Shown piece by piece: positions 8,410 through 16,127 of a stretch of DNA of 32,000 nucleotides. Position 1 is the first letter of the stretch; every line of letters begins with the position of its first letter. A model generated the notes under the pieces. The model had not been told where the DNA came from, searched no databases, and was given only the letters and a program-made list of their open reading frames with translations. The DNA is from Nitrosopumilus sp. (GTDB lineage Archaea; Thermoproteota; Nitrososphaeria; Nitrososphaerales; Nitrosopumilaceae), in contig OZ242041.1 of assembly GCA_965205215.1 (NCBI GenBank), positions 1,497,664-1,529,663 of the forward strand. Direction: 5' to 3'. The position numbers and the translations under genes are program-made.

Positions 8410-9804
8410 ATGGCCGCAGGCATAGACGACATTGCAATATACATTCCGAGGTTGTATCTGGACGCGTCGGACTTTGCATCGGCGCGCGGACTCGACCCCG
8501 TAAAGCTGGAGAAGGGACTGGGCGTCTCGCAGATGGCGATGGTCGACGCGGACCAGGATCCGGCATGCCTCGCGGCAAACGCGTGCCTTAAGATAATGCA
8601 GAGGAACAACCTCTCGCCGTCGGACATCGGCAGGCTGTACGTCTCCACGGAGTCGTCGTTTGACGAGTCGAAGGCCATGAACTCGTACGTGGTGGGCATG
8701 CTGGAGCAGGTGTACGGGCCCGGCACCTTTGAGCACTGCGGCGGCGTCGAGACAAAGTTTGCGTGCGTGAGCGGCTCATACGCGCTGTACGACAACACGA
8801 ACTGGATACGCGCAGGCGAGTCCGAGGACCAGTACGCCATGGTGGTGGTGTCGGACATTGCAAAGTATGACCTAGAGTCCGGTGGCGAGATGACCCAGGG
8901 GGCGGGGGCGGTGGTAATGCTGCTCTCCGACGAGCCCCGGCTGCTCTCCTTTGACCCGCGCGTCACGGCCACGTCGATAAAGGACGAATACGACTTTTAC
9001 AGGCCGTTTGGCAAGGAGACGCCAATCGTCCACGGCGAGTACTCCAACATGCTGTACATGATGCAGGTGAAAAAGGCGCTCGAGACGTACAAGAAAAAGG
9101 TCAGGACCGCGGGGCTGATCGACGTGGGCCCCGAAGGCACCATACTTGACCACATGGACTACATCAATATGCACCTGCCATACAGCAAGATGGGCAAAAA
9201 GGCGCTCGCGTACCTGGTGCGGCACGAGTGGCGCCACCTGCCTAGGTGGAGGGATGTGCTGCGGGACATCGGCATGGAGGAGCCCGTGCCCAAGGATCCG
9301 CGCGGCACGATAGAGTCGGTGCTGGCCGACAGGGACTTTATGCAGAGGGACAAGGAGTTTACGAGGCGGTTCACAGAGACTGCGCAGTACCGGGAGGTCT
9401 ACGAGTCAAAGCTCGCAAGCTCCCTGGTCGCGTCCAGAATGATAGGCAACCTGTACACGGCGTCGCTGTACCTGGGGTTCCGCAGCTGCCTGGAGTTCGA
9501 GTACAAAAAGGGCGTTGACCTTGAGGGCAGGCGCATCGGGTTTGGCTCGTACGGGAGCGGAAGCAGCGCCATGGTGTTCAGCGGCGTGGTGCAGCGCGGA
9601 TACGAGGAGATTGTAAAGGAGATGGACCTGGAGTCCGAGATTGGCAGCCGCCGCAAGCTCACGTGGGACGAGTACGTGCAGCTGCACGAGAACCAGCTGC
9701 GCCCGGAGGAGTCCCTGGCAGACGGCAGGGGGGAGTTCGTCCTGGTGGGGATAAACACGGACAAGGAGTCAAGCGGCGAGCGCCACTACAGGTACAACGG
9801 GTGA
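8410..9804 (+). CDS. Hydroxymethylglutaryl-CoA synthase (mevalonate pathway)
   Basis: 464 aa. IGRLYVSTESSFDESKA (catalytic Glu region), KFACVSGSYAL (catalytic Cys), GAGAVVMLL, NLYTASLYLG; long eukaryote-like form. Confidence 0.92.
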   Translation: MAAGIDDIAIYIPRLYLDASDFASARGLDPVKLEKGLGVSQMAMVDADQDPACLAANACLKIMQRNNLSPSDIGRLYVSTESSFDESKAMNSYVVGMLEQVYGPGTFEHCGGVETKFACVSGSYALYDNTNWIRAGESEDQYAMVVVSDIAKYDLESGGEMTQGAGAVVMLLSDEPRLLSFDPRVTATSIKDEYDFYRPFGKETPIVHGEYSNMLYMMQVKKALETYKKKVRTAGLIDVGPEGTILDHMDYINMHLPYSKMGKKALAYLVRHEWRHLPRWRDVLRDIGMEEPVPKDPRGTIESVLADRDFMQRDKEFTRRFTETAQYREVYESKLASSLVASRMIGNLYTASLYLGFRSCLEFEYKKGVDLEGRRIGFGSYGSGSSAMVFSGVVQRGYEEIVKEMDLESEIGSRRKLTWDEYVQLHENQLRPEESLADGRGEFVLVGINTDKESSGERHYRYNG

Positions 9805-9815
9805 CGGCTGCCGCA

Positions 9816-10472
9816 ATGCCTGGACGCGGGGATGCACACGCGGCGCGCGACGGCGACGGCGATGAATTAGCATCAGATAACGGCACACCGGACGACGAGG
9901 CCGCAGACCGCGTAAAGGCCGTCCTGTTTGAGCACATACAAGAGTCAGACGCCGTGCCGCGCCTGGTCGCGGCAGGCCGCCCCGGCATGGCCGCGCAGGA
10001 TATGGTGCGCGCGTGCCACGATAAAGTCGCGGGGCTCTGCGGAACCCCCGGCATGGCGCACGGGGTGCTTGCAACCGGCATCATGCACTACGTGCTGACC
10101 CGGATGCTCGTAAGAAGCCAGAGGGGCATACGCCACGGCGGCGAGGATCTCGACATTGTGATGCCCGACGCGAAAACGCTTGCAGAGGATCCCGGCAGGG
10201 CGCTCGTGATATGCGTGCCGAAGACCGCGGACGCCCCTGCCATACGCGGCGCGCTGCGCGGGGCCCGAAGGGCGCAGCCGGAGCCGGGCAACGTGTGGCT
10301 GGTGCTCTCCGAGGAGGCCGCAAAGGGCGGCCCGTACGGCGCAAAGAGCTTTGTCATGACAGGGGACGGCGGCAGCTTTGCGCGCATCTTTGCAGATATT
10401 CGGGAGTTTCTTGACCGCACTAGCACGGAGGGGGCCGGCTCAAAGAGGCTCCGCATACTCGGCGGGGCATGA
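9816..10472 (+). CDS. Hypothetical protein, co-directional with and immediately after HMG-CoA synthase
   Basis: 218 aa from the ATG at 9816 (alternative: GTG at 9801 overlapping the upstream stop). The track ORF start at 9663 lies inside the HMGCS gene. No family recognised. Confidence 0.45.
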   Translation: MPGRGDAHAARDGDGDELASDNGTPDDEAADRVKAVLFEHIQESDAVPRLVAAGRPGMAAQDMVRACHDKVAGLCGTPGMAHGVLATGIMHYVLTRMLVRSQRGIRHGGEDLDIVMPDAKTLAEDPGRALVICVPKTADAPAIRGALRGARRAQPEPGNVWLVLSEEAAKGGPYGAKSFVMTGDGGSFARIFADIREFLDRTSTEGAGSKRLRILGGA

Positions 10473-10475
10473 CGG

Positions 10476-11198
10476 CTATGCCCCTGCAATCTGGGACACG
10501 TCAAGCAGCCTTCCCACCGCCTGGGACGTGGTCTGCCTTGCTCCCGCCGCTGCCTCCCCTGCAGCGGCCTCCGGCATCGGGGGGACGAACCCCAGTATGT
10601 TAAAGCCGCACAGCTCCTCCAGGTCCTGCTCAAGCACGTGCCTGTCATACCTGTCAGAGTCCGGGCGCCCCGCCCCGCCGTTGATTACAATTCCGCGCAC
10701 CGTAACGTTTGAGCGGCGGCATGCGTCGACCGTCATTATGGTGTGGTTTATGGCCCCCAGCACGTTGGGGCAGACCACTACGGCGGGTATCCCCATGTCG
10801 GCAATCAGGTCCGCCACAGAGTAGCTGCGCAGTATGGGGGTCATCACGCCCCCAATGCCCTCAACTACCACCACGTCGTGCATACCCTCTATCTCCTCGT
10901 AGCACTCGAGGACGCGGTTTATGTCCGGCTTGGGCTCGCCCCCGCGCATCCACGCGGTGTATGGGGAGGCGGCCATCGTATACCTGTGCGGGCAGACCAG
11001 GTGGGGAGGGTCGTCGCCGGAGCCTGCCGCGTCCCCGAGTACGGCCGCGTCCCCGTCGACGTCCCCCGGGGCGCCGGCGGCAAACGGCTTCATGACTCCG
11101 ACTGAGGCGCCCCGGCGGCGCAGGGCGGCCGCAATGCCTGCCGCAACGTACGTCTTGCCGACGCCCGTGTCGGTGCCGGTCACAAATACGGATTCCAT
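10476..11198 (-). CDS. bioD: Dethiobiotin synthetase
   Basis: 240 aa. N-terminal P-loop VFVTGTDTGVGKTYV and EGIGGVMTP are typical of BioD. Confidence 0.9.
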   Translation of the reverse strand: MESVFVTGTDTGVGKTYVAAGIAAALRRRGASVGVMKPFAAGAPGDVDGDAAVLGDAAGSGDDPPHLVCPHRYTMAASPYTAWMRGGEPKPDINRVLECYEEIEGMHDVVVVEGIGGVMTPILRSYSVADLIADMGIPAVVVCPNVLGAINHTIMTVDACRRSNVTVRGIVINGGAGRPDSDRYDRHVLEQDLEELCGFNILGFVPPMPEAAAGEAAAGARQTTSQAVGRLLDVSQIAGA

Positions 11199-11224
11199 GT
11201 CGCTGTCACTACGGGTGCAGCCTG

Positions 11225-11230
11225 ATTAAT
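11225..11230 (-). promoter_or_regulatory. TATA box of bioD
   Basis: ATTAAT core within GTCATTAATCAGG (minus strand), about 29 nt upstream of the ATG at 11198. Confidence 0.4.
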
Positions 11231-11356
11231 GACTCAATCGGTAGGCACTGCGCCGTCCGGACCGCCACGCCACGCACGGCCCTGCAAGCGGCCGGACTCG
11301 CGTTACACTTGGACAGACAGAGACTAACTCGCGCGCGACAATCCCGAAACGATCGG

Positions 11357-11376
11357 GGGCCGCCTGACGGCGGCCC
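11357..11376. other. Perfect 8-bp stem hairpin GGGCCGCC-tgac-GGCGGCCC
   Basis: Read directly, inside the unassigned 11199-12025 region. Confidence 0.7.
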
Positions 11377-11593
11377 TCCACCCCCCCACGTACAGACGGG
11401 CCCTGCGGCCCGACCGTCCCGCAAAAAGCATGCCTGGCCGGCAGCGCGCCGGCAGTTATCACATCCAACCCTCCCGCGATATCCCGACTCCCGGAGCGGA
11501 CGAAAAGATTTGGAGCGCGTATTAGAAAACCGGCAACCGGCGCGACGCATCACACAATCGCCACACACTAGGGGATCTGAGCGGATCCGGATA

Positions 11594-11610
11594 CCTCCCC
11601 CCTCCCCTCC
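11594..11610. repeat. C-tract element CCTCCCCCCTCCCCTCC
   Basis: Read directly. Inverted relative to the G-tract at 11762-11788. Confidence 0.8.
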
Positions 11611-11649
11611 AACTAGCAGATTCCAGGCACGGGTGTCGTCAATGTCTTC

Positions 11650-11675
11650 GACTTTGTAGACTTTGTAGACTTTGG
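11650..11675. repeat. Tandem 9-mer GACTTTGTA x2.9
   Basis: gactttgta gactttgta gactttgg, read directly. Lies between the C-tract and the G-tract. Confidence 0.9.
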
Positions 11676-11761
11676 CAGGAGCCAGGCACAGGCACCCGCG
11701 GCCATACCCACGTAGGGGCTCTGACCCAGCATTCGCAGCCAGCCCATGGCTACGCCGTGCC

Positions 11762-11788
11762 GGGAGGGAGGGAGGGGGGGAGGGGGGG
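11762..11788. repeat. G-tract element GGGAGGGAGGGAGGGGGGGAGGGGGGG (four or more G-runs, G-quadruplex-capable)
   Basis: Read directly. Confidence 0.8.
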
Positions 11789-12025
11789 AAAGTGGTGTAT
11801 GGCGCCGATACAAATGCGCGGCGCGTAAATTACCGGCAAGTGCGACAGTAGCGCGCTCCCGTAAAACCTCACAAAAAGAAAAGGCTCTGCTCTCACCTTG
11901 CTCCATCCGCATACATTCTACCCTCGAGAGAGGGGGAAGGCGCAACAGGGGCGACTTTCGAAATCTCAGACCCGTCCAAGGTGTGCTCCTACGCGCGGCA
12001 GTGGGTGGCAGGTGTGGCGCTGCGG

Positions 12026-12850
12026 CTACCTGCATACCCGGGGCGGTTGCGGCGGCGGGGGCGTCACGGGCGGCGTGCCGGTGCCGGTGCCGGTGGTGGT
12101 GGTGACCGAAACCGTATCTGAGGGTTCCGACTGGCCTCCGGGCCCCAGGGCGGCCACGGCAAACTCGTACGTGGTGCCGGGCGCCAGGCCCCGTACGGTG
12201 TATGAGGCGGCGGCCGAACCGGTGTCCGGCACCAGTACGGCCAGCCCGGGCCGGACCTCCGGGATCCCGTACAGTATCGCGTAGCCGGTTATGGCGGCGT
12301 CGCCGGGGTCGTCCCAGGCAAGGGTCACGGAGGAGGCGTTGGCGCCAAGGGCCGCAAGGTTTGCGGGCGCGGCGGGGGGCGGGGGCGCGCCGGGGAGGCG
12401 CTCGGAGAGCAGCACGGCCCCCTCAAAGCCCGACGATACGGGGGCCGAGGCCGCGTCAGTCGCCACCAGTATTGTCCCGGGGCCGAAGAATGCGGCGCCG
12501 ACCGGGGCCGTAGGCGAGGCCGGGATGTCCAGCGTGTGGGACGGGGCGGCGGGGGCCGTGGACAGGTCGAAGGGGGTGGACAGCGGGTACGACAGTATGA
12601 GGCCGCCGCCCGATGCCGTGAGCGGGGCCGTCGTTACAAGCATGGTGGCGCCGTCGGCAGAAAAGTCCATGTCGGACAGGACGCCGTGGCGGGGCTGCAC
12701 GAAGAACGAAAAGGAGGCGGCCGCCGTGGACGGGTCGAACGGGGTGGACAGCGAGTAGGAGTGTATGAAGCCGCCGCCCGCGGGGGCGGAGAGGGCCACG
12801 TACATGGAGGAGCCGTCCGCCGAGAATGCGGCAGCGGGGCAAAATTCTGT
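12026..12850 (-). pseudogene. 5'-truncated surface-protein remnant: ~50-aa propeller-like repeats + fibronectin type III domain + Thr/Gly/Pro linker
   Basis: Track ORF 12026..12805 starts mid-repeat. The in-frame sequence upstream of its ATG up to the stop at 12851-12853 reads TEFCPAAAFSADGSS, which continues the repeat FSADG(A/S)(T/S)M(L/Y)V seen again downstream (MDFSADGATMLVTT ... LSYPLSTPFDLST). No signal peptide and no start for the first repeat. FN3 signature: SVTLAWDDPGDAAITGYAILY ... YTVRGLAPGTTYEFAVAA. The tail TTTTGTGTGTPPVTPPPPQPP is encoded by (GTGCCG)3(GTG)4 at 12075-12104. Confidence 0.55.
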
Positions 12851-12857
12851 TTATATT
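12850..12857 (+). promoter_or_regulatory. TATA box of bioA
   Basis: TTTATATT about 30 nt upstream of the ATG at 12883. Supports 12883 rather than the track start at 12826. Confidence 0.5.
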
Positions 12858-12882
12858 GGAAGGGCGGGCCTGTCCGTCCATC

Positions 12883-14244
12883 ATGAATGCGGGGGAGTCA
12901 AACGTGTGGCATCCAAACACGCAGATGTCCGAGTGGGACGCGTTTGACTCGATATCCCGGGGCGACGGGGTCTGGCTCACGGACTCAAAGGGCTTTAGGA
13001 TGATAGACGGGGTCGCCTCCATGTGGTGCAACGTGTGGGGGCACTCCAACGGGGAGATGGTGCGCGCCATTTCAAGGCAGGCCGCAAGGCTGCAGCACTC
13101 GCCCCTGTTCAACCTGACCCACGAGCCGGCAGAAAAACTGGCCCGCGGCCTGGTGGGCATGTCGCCGGGAATGCACCGCGTGCTGTACTCTGAGAACGGC
13201 TCGTCGGCGGTGGAGACGGCGATAAAGGTGGCGTTTCAGTACTGGACAAACGAGGGGGATGCGGGGCGCACTGCAATCGCGTCGCTTGAGCGCGGATACC
13301 ACGGCGACACGCTGGGGGCCATGTCGGCGGGGCACGTGCCGGAGTTCTTTGAGAGGTACAGGCAGCACATGTTTGACGCAGTGGAGCTGCCGGTTCCGGT
13401 GCAGGGCGGCGCGAATTCCGGCGGTAGCGGCGGCGGGGAGGCGGCAGCGGCACCCGAGACGCTGCAGCGCTGCATAGAGGACATATCCGACGTTCTGTCC
13501 GCCCGGAGGGGCGAGATTGCCGCCGTAATAATGGAGAGCGGGGCCCAGATGGCCGGCGGCGTCCGGATCTTCGAGCCGTCGTTCCAAGAGCAGGTCAGCG
13601 GCATCTGCAGGGAAAACGACATACTGCTGATCGTCGACGAGATAGCCACGGGGTTTGGCAGGCTGGGGCCCATGTGCGTGTACTCGGCCGAGCGCTCAAA
13701 GCCGGACATTGCGGTGTACGGAAAGATGCTGACGGGGGGATACCTCCCGCTTGCGGCCACCCTGGCCACGAGAAGGGTGTACGAGTCGTTCCTCGGCGCG
13801 TACGACGAGCAGCGCCACCTGTTTCACGGCCACACGTTTGCGGGAAACCCGATTGCGGCGGCGGCGGCAAACAAGAACCTCTCGATGTACAAGAAATACG
13901 ACATGGTGTCACACGTGTCAAAGGCCTCAAAAACGCTGGCAGACCGTATTGCCGAGCACATGTCGGGCATGGAGGAAGTCGGCGAGATCAGGTGCAGGGG
14001 GCTGGTGGCAGGAATCGAGCTGGCCGCCGGCGGGAGCACAGCCGATGCGGCGCCCCCTGGGGCGTCGGCCAACCGTACCATATACGAGGCGGGCAGAAGG
14101 AACGGCGTGTACCTGCGCACACTTGGGAACGTCGTAATGCTGGTGCCCCCGCTTGCGATAACCGCGCCCGAGATCGGCATGCTGGTGGAAAGGACGGCAA
14201 AGACCATCAGGGACGCGGCCCCCTCCCTTCCCAGGGGTGCGTGA
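12883..14244 (+). CDS. bioA: Adenosylmethionine-8-amino-7-oxononanoate aminotransferase
   Basis: 453 aa from MNAGESNVWHPNTQM (the BioA N-terminus typically contains WHP-x-T-Q). Class III aminotransferase motifs: LLIVDEIATGFGRLG, YGKMLTGGYLPLAAT, HGHTFAGNP. Confidence 0.9.
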   Translation: MNAGESNVWHPNTQMSEWDAFDSISRGDGVWLTDSKGFRMIDGVASMWCNVWGHSNGEMVRAISRQAARLQHSPLFNLTHEPAEKLARGLVGMSPGMHRVLYSENGSSAVETAIKVAFQYWTNEGDAGRTAIASLERGYHGDTLGAMSAGHVPEFFERYRQHMFDAVELPVPVQGGANSGGSGGGEAAAAPETLQRCIEDISDVLSARRGEIAAVIMESGAQMAGGVRIFEPSFQEQVSGICRENDILLIVDEIATGFGRLGPMCVYSAERSKPDIAVYGKMLTGGYLPLAATLATRRVYESFLGAYDEQRHLFHGHTFAGNPIAAAAANKNLSMYKKYDMVSHVSKASKTLADRIAEHMSGMEEVGEIRCRGLVAGIELAAGGSTADAAPPGASANRTIYEAGRRNGVYLRTLGNVVMLVPPLAITAPEIGMLVERTAKTIRDAAPSLPRGA

Positions 14245-14287
14245 CGGCCGCGGCCAAGGCAGCGATCGACGCACTCGCCAAAGTCGT

Positions 14288-14800
14288 TCAGGAAGTCTGG
14301 GCCATAAACCGGATTGCATGCTTTATCTTGATGCGCTCCGTATCGGACTTGGCAAGGCGCCCAATTTCGTCCCAGTTGATCCTGGGCCCGCAGCGAATTG
14401 CCAGCCTCCTCAGATCCTCCAGATCCTGGTCGCGTCCCGCCCTGAACTTTGCAACTGCCAGTCCTTCCAAGGAGATGGCGTTGACGGTTGTCCCTTTCTT
14501 GCCTACCCGAATCGCCTCCGCCGTCTCGATTATGTCCTGCAGCGGAATGCCGTTCAAGTCCCGCCCGTGGTACACGTCGATCTTGTATCCCCTCGGCGTG
14601 AATTTATCGTCATTCCGCGGATCGATTGTATATCCCTTGGCCAAAAACTCGTCGACCGTTATCTGCGCGGCAACGACAAAATCCAGATCCATTGATTGCC
14701 GCTGCTCGCCGGTATGTAGCATGACTGCGACTGCCCCGACAAACGTGGCGTGCTCAAAATCCCGCGAGATGAGAACGGCCTCCCTAACGATCGGCATCAT
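14288..14800 (-). CDS. Minimal nucleotidyltransferase-fold protein (AbiEii/DUF6036-like putative toxin)
   Basis: 170 aa. NTase motif VAVMLHTGEQRQSMDLDFVV (hG ... D-x-D) and downstream YKIDVYH. C-terminal LEGLAVAKFRAGRDQDLEDLRRLA helix as in AbiEii-type NTases. 17-nt overlap with the upstream wHTH gene. Confidence 0.6.
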   Translation of the reverse strand: MMPIVREAVLISRDFEHATFVGAVAVMLHTGEQRQSMDLDFVVAAQITVDEFLAKGYTIDPRNDDKFTPRGYKIDVYHGRDLNGIPLQDIIETAEAIRVGKKGTTVNAISLEGLAVAKFRAGRDQDLEDLRRLAIRCGPRINWDEIGRLAKSDTERIKIKHAIRFMAQTS

Positions 14801-15470
14801 TTGCGGGCAGGCCCCCCTGAACCTGCAGTATGGTGTCCCCTGCGAACCTGACCCTGGTCTTTATCGAGTTCCCGTGGGTCAGCATGATTGCCGCGGCGTC
14901 AAGAAAGCTTCTTCCGCCGTTTGCTACGCAGTCTAGAAAGATCCTCTCGATCCGGTTTTCAAAGGAGCCGATCCTCGGAAGAAGCACGACGCTCCCCCTT
15001 TTGCCTTCCCTGAACCCGTGTCTCTTCAGGAGCTGGGAGACGCCTTCCACGTCGTCGACGTAGACGTGGAAGTCTAGCGGGGTCTGAAACCCCGTCAGGT
15101 CGTAGGCCCCGTGGTCAAGCGTTACGATCGAGTCTTCCGGAAGGAGCCGCCTCACAAAGCTGGCGTCAGTCGGCTTGTAGTGCCTCCCAAACCTTCTGGC
15201 TTTCTTGAGTGACATGAGCGAAGAGGCGATGCTTTGCAAAACCGGGTATGGTTGGGACACGACCTCCCTCTTTATGGTGAATTTGCCGCGGACGTACTCT
15301 GCCAGCCCCAGCTCCGCCAGGCGGATCAGCCTCCTTCGGATGGTCCTGCCAGACGGGCCGACCCTGCCCAGGCTCCTCAGATCGTAGATCGGACTGGGGG
15401 GCAGCTCCTGCGCGAATACGATCGCGCTCTTCGCCTTTGCAATCTTCGACGTCCATTCGTTCGTGTTCAT
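14784..15470 (-). CDS. Winged-helix DNA-binding protein (AbiEi-like putative antitoxin/regulator)
   Basis: 228 aa. N-terminal wHTH GPSGRTIRRRLIRLAELGLAEYVRGKFTIK. C-terminal domain unassigned. Sits upstream of and overlaps the NTase gene. TATA at the correct spacing. Confidence 0.5.
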   Translation of the reverse strand: MNTNEWTSKIAKAKSAIVFAQELPPSPIYDLRSLGRVGPSGRTIRRRLIRLAELGLAEYVRGKFTIKREVVSQPYPVLQSIASSLMSLKKARRFGRHYKPTDASFVRRLLPEDSIVTLDHGAYDLTGFQTPLDFHVYVDDVEGVSQLLKRHGFREGKRGSVVLLPRIGSFENRIERIFLDCVANGGRSFLDAAAIMLTHGNSIKTRVRFAGDTILQVQGGLPANDADR

Positions 15471-15970
15471 GTTGTATTAGTAGTATGTGCAATATATTTA
15501 AGTTCTGGACAAAAGTATCTCTTTACATATAAAATAACACAAAAAAGCGGAACCCCAAGGGACAGTCCCGCAGCGCGCGCAGGATACGACTTCCCGGATT
15601 TTCCTCCAAGAGATCTGCCGCCATGTACGCCCCGGCGGCCGACGCAGAAGGCCTCGGCCCTGGCGGGGCAGACCGTGCGCATCGCGTTGCGGAACCGCCT
15701 CCCCGTGGGCATCCTTTTCGAGGCCCCGAGGTTCCTGGCCGCGGCCTCGGCAGTCGTGCTCCTGCTGCACATCTCGATCAGGATTGCCGTCCACTCCGGC
15801 AGCCCGTACCGCGTCCTGCGTTTTGTCGAAAAAGACACGCCAGACACGGCCGGCAGGCCGGACAAGATGTTAACGATCCTCGAGCCCGCACCTTCGCGGC
15901 GCGCCTGCCCGCCCTTTTGCCTATGCACCATGGGGCGGGCAAGGACGTCGTCATATGGATCCGGTGGCAT
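15467..15970 (-). CDS. Questionable ORF with an HTH-like segment (possible IS/regulator remnant)
   Basis: 167 aa. LPEWTAILIEMCSRSTTAEAAARNLGASKRMPTGRRFRNAM resembles a transposase/regulator HTH. The stop overlaps the wHTH start (ATGA). However, the last ~25 codons run through the AT-rich promoter block, so the ORF may be fortuitous or decayed. Confidence 0.25.
   Translation of the reverse strand: MPPDPYDDVLARPMVHRQKGGQARREGAGSRIVNILSGLPAVSGVSFSTKRRTRYGLPEWTAILIEMCSRSTTAEAAARNLGASKRMPTGRRFRNAMRTVCPARAEAFCVGRRGVHGGRSLGGKSGKSYPARAAGLSLGVPLFCVILYVKRYFCPELKYIAHTTNTT
15491..15502 (-). promoter_or_regulatory. TATA box of the wHTH/NTase operon
   Basis: CTTAAATATATT on the minus strand, about 27 nt upstream of the ATG at 15470. 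Confidence 0.5.
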
Positions 15971-16089
15971 CTGAGCACGTCATAAGGGCAGTCTGGGCAT
16001 TATGGCGCAGCTGGGCAATGCACGAATCCGATACCACTGGAACCGGACGTGTCCTGCTTCAGTTCCGTCTACTGGCGTGGCCCCAAATG

Positions 16090-16098
16090 CATTATAAG
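16090..16098 (+). promoter_or_regulatory. TATA box of bioB-bioF
   Basis: CATTATAAG about 34 nt upstream of the ATG at 16128. Confidence 0.4.
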
Positions 16099-16127
16099 AG
16101 GTTTTGAGTGATTTCAAGGCGTAAACC

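Larger units (their letters stand above)
14245..16127. mobile_element. Putative inserted accessory segment between bioA and bioB (no integrase or transposase recognised)
   Basis: Three opposite-strand ORFs interrupt co-directional bio genes. A/T-ending codon preference in 14288-15470 contrasts with the flanks. AT-rich promoter block at 15471-15545. 9-bp direct repeat AGTCTGGGC at 14294-14302 and 15990-15998. Confidence 0.35.

Noticed and set aside
7650-8972. 440-aa minus-strand ORF spanning the 3' part of the DsbA-like gene, the spacer and the HMGCS 5' part
   Set aside because: It is antisense to two well-supported genes. Its Arg/Pro/Ala/Ser-rich composition is typical of stop-codon-poor GC-rich DNA. 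No promoter geometry and no domain signature.
11613-11746. 44-aa minus-strand ORF MGWLRMLGQSPYVGMAAGACAWLLPKSTKSTKSKTLTTPVPGIC, whose KST repeats come from the 9-mer tandem repeat
   Set aside because: No TATA at the expected distance. The repeat-derived sequence and the surrounding non-coding context make a real peptide unlikely. It is retained only as a note within the unassigned-region finding.
12826-12882. Upstream ATG start for bioA (MRQRGKILFILEGRACPSI...)
   Set aside because: The TATA box lies inside this extension. The BioA-like N-terminus begins at MNAGESNVWHP (12883).
12456-13160. 234-aa minus ORF bridging the FN3 remnant and bioA
   Set aside because: It is in a different frame from the repeat/FN3 remnant and antisense to the bioA 5' end. 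Arg/Pro/His-rich artefact.
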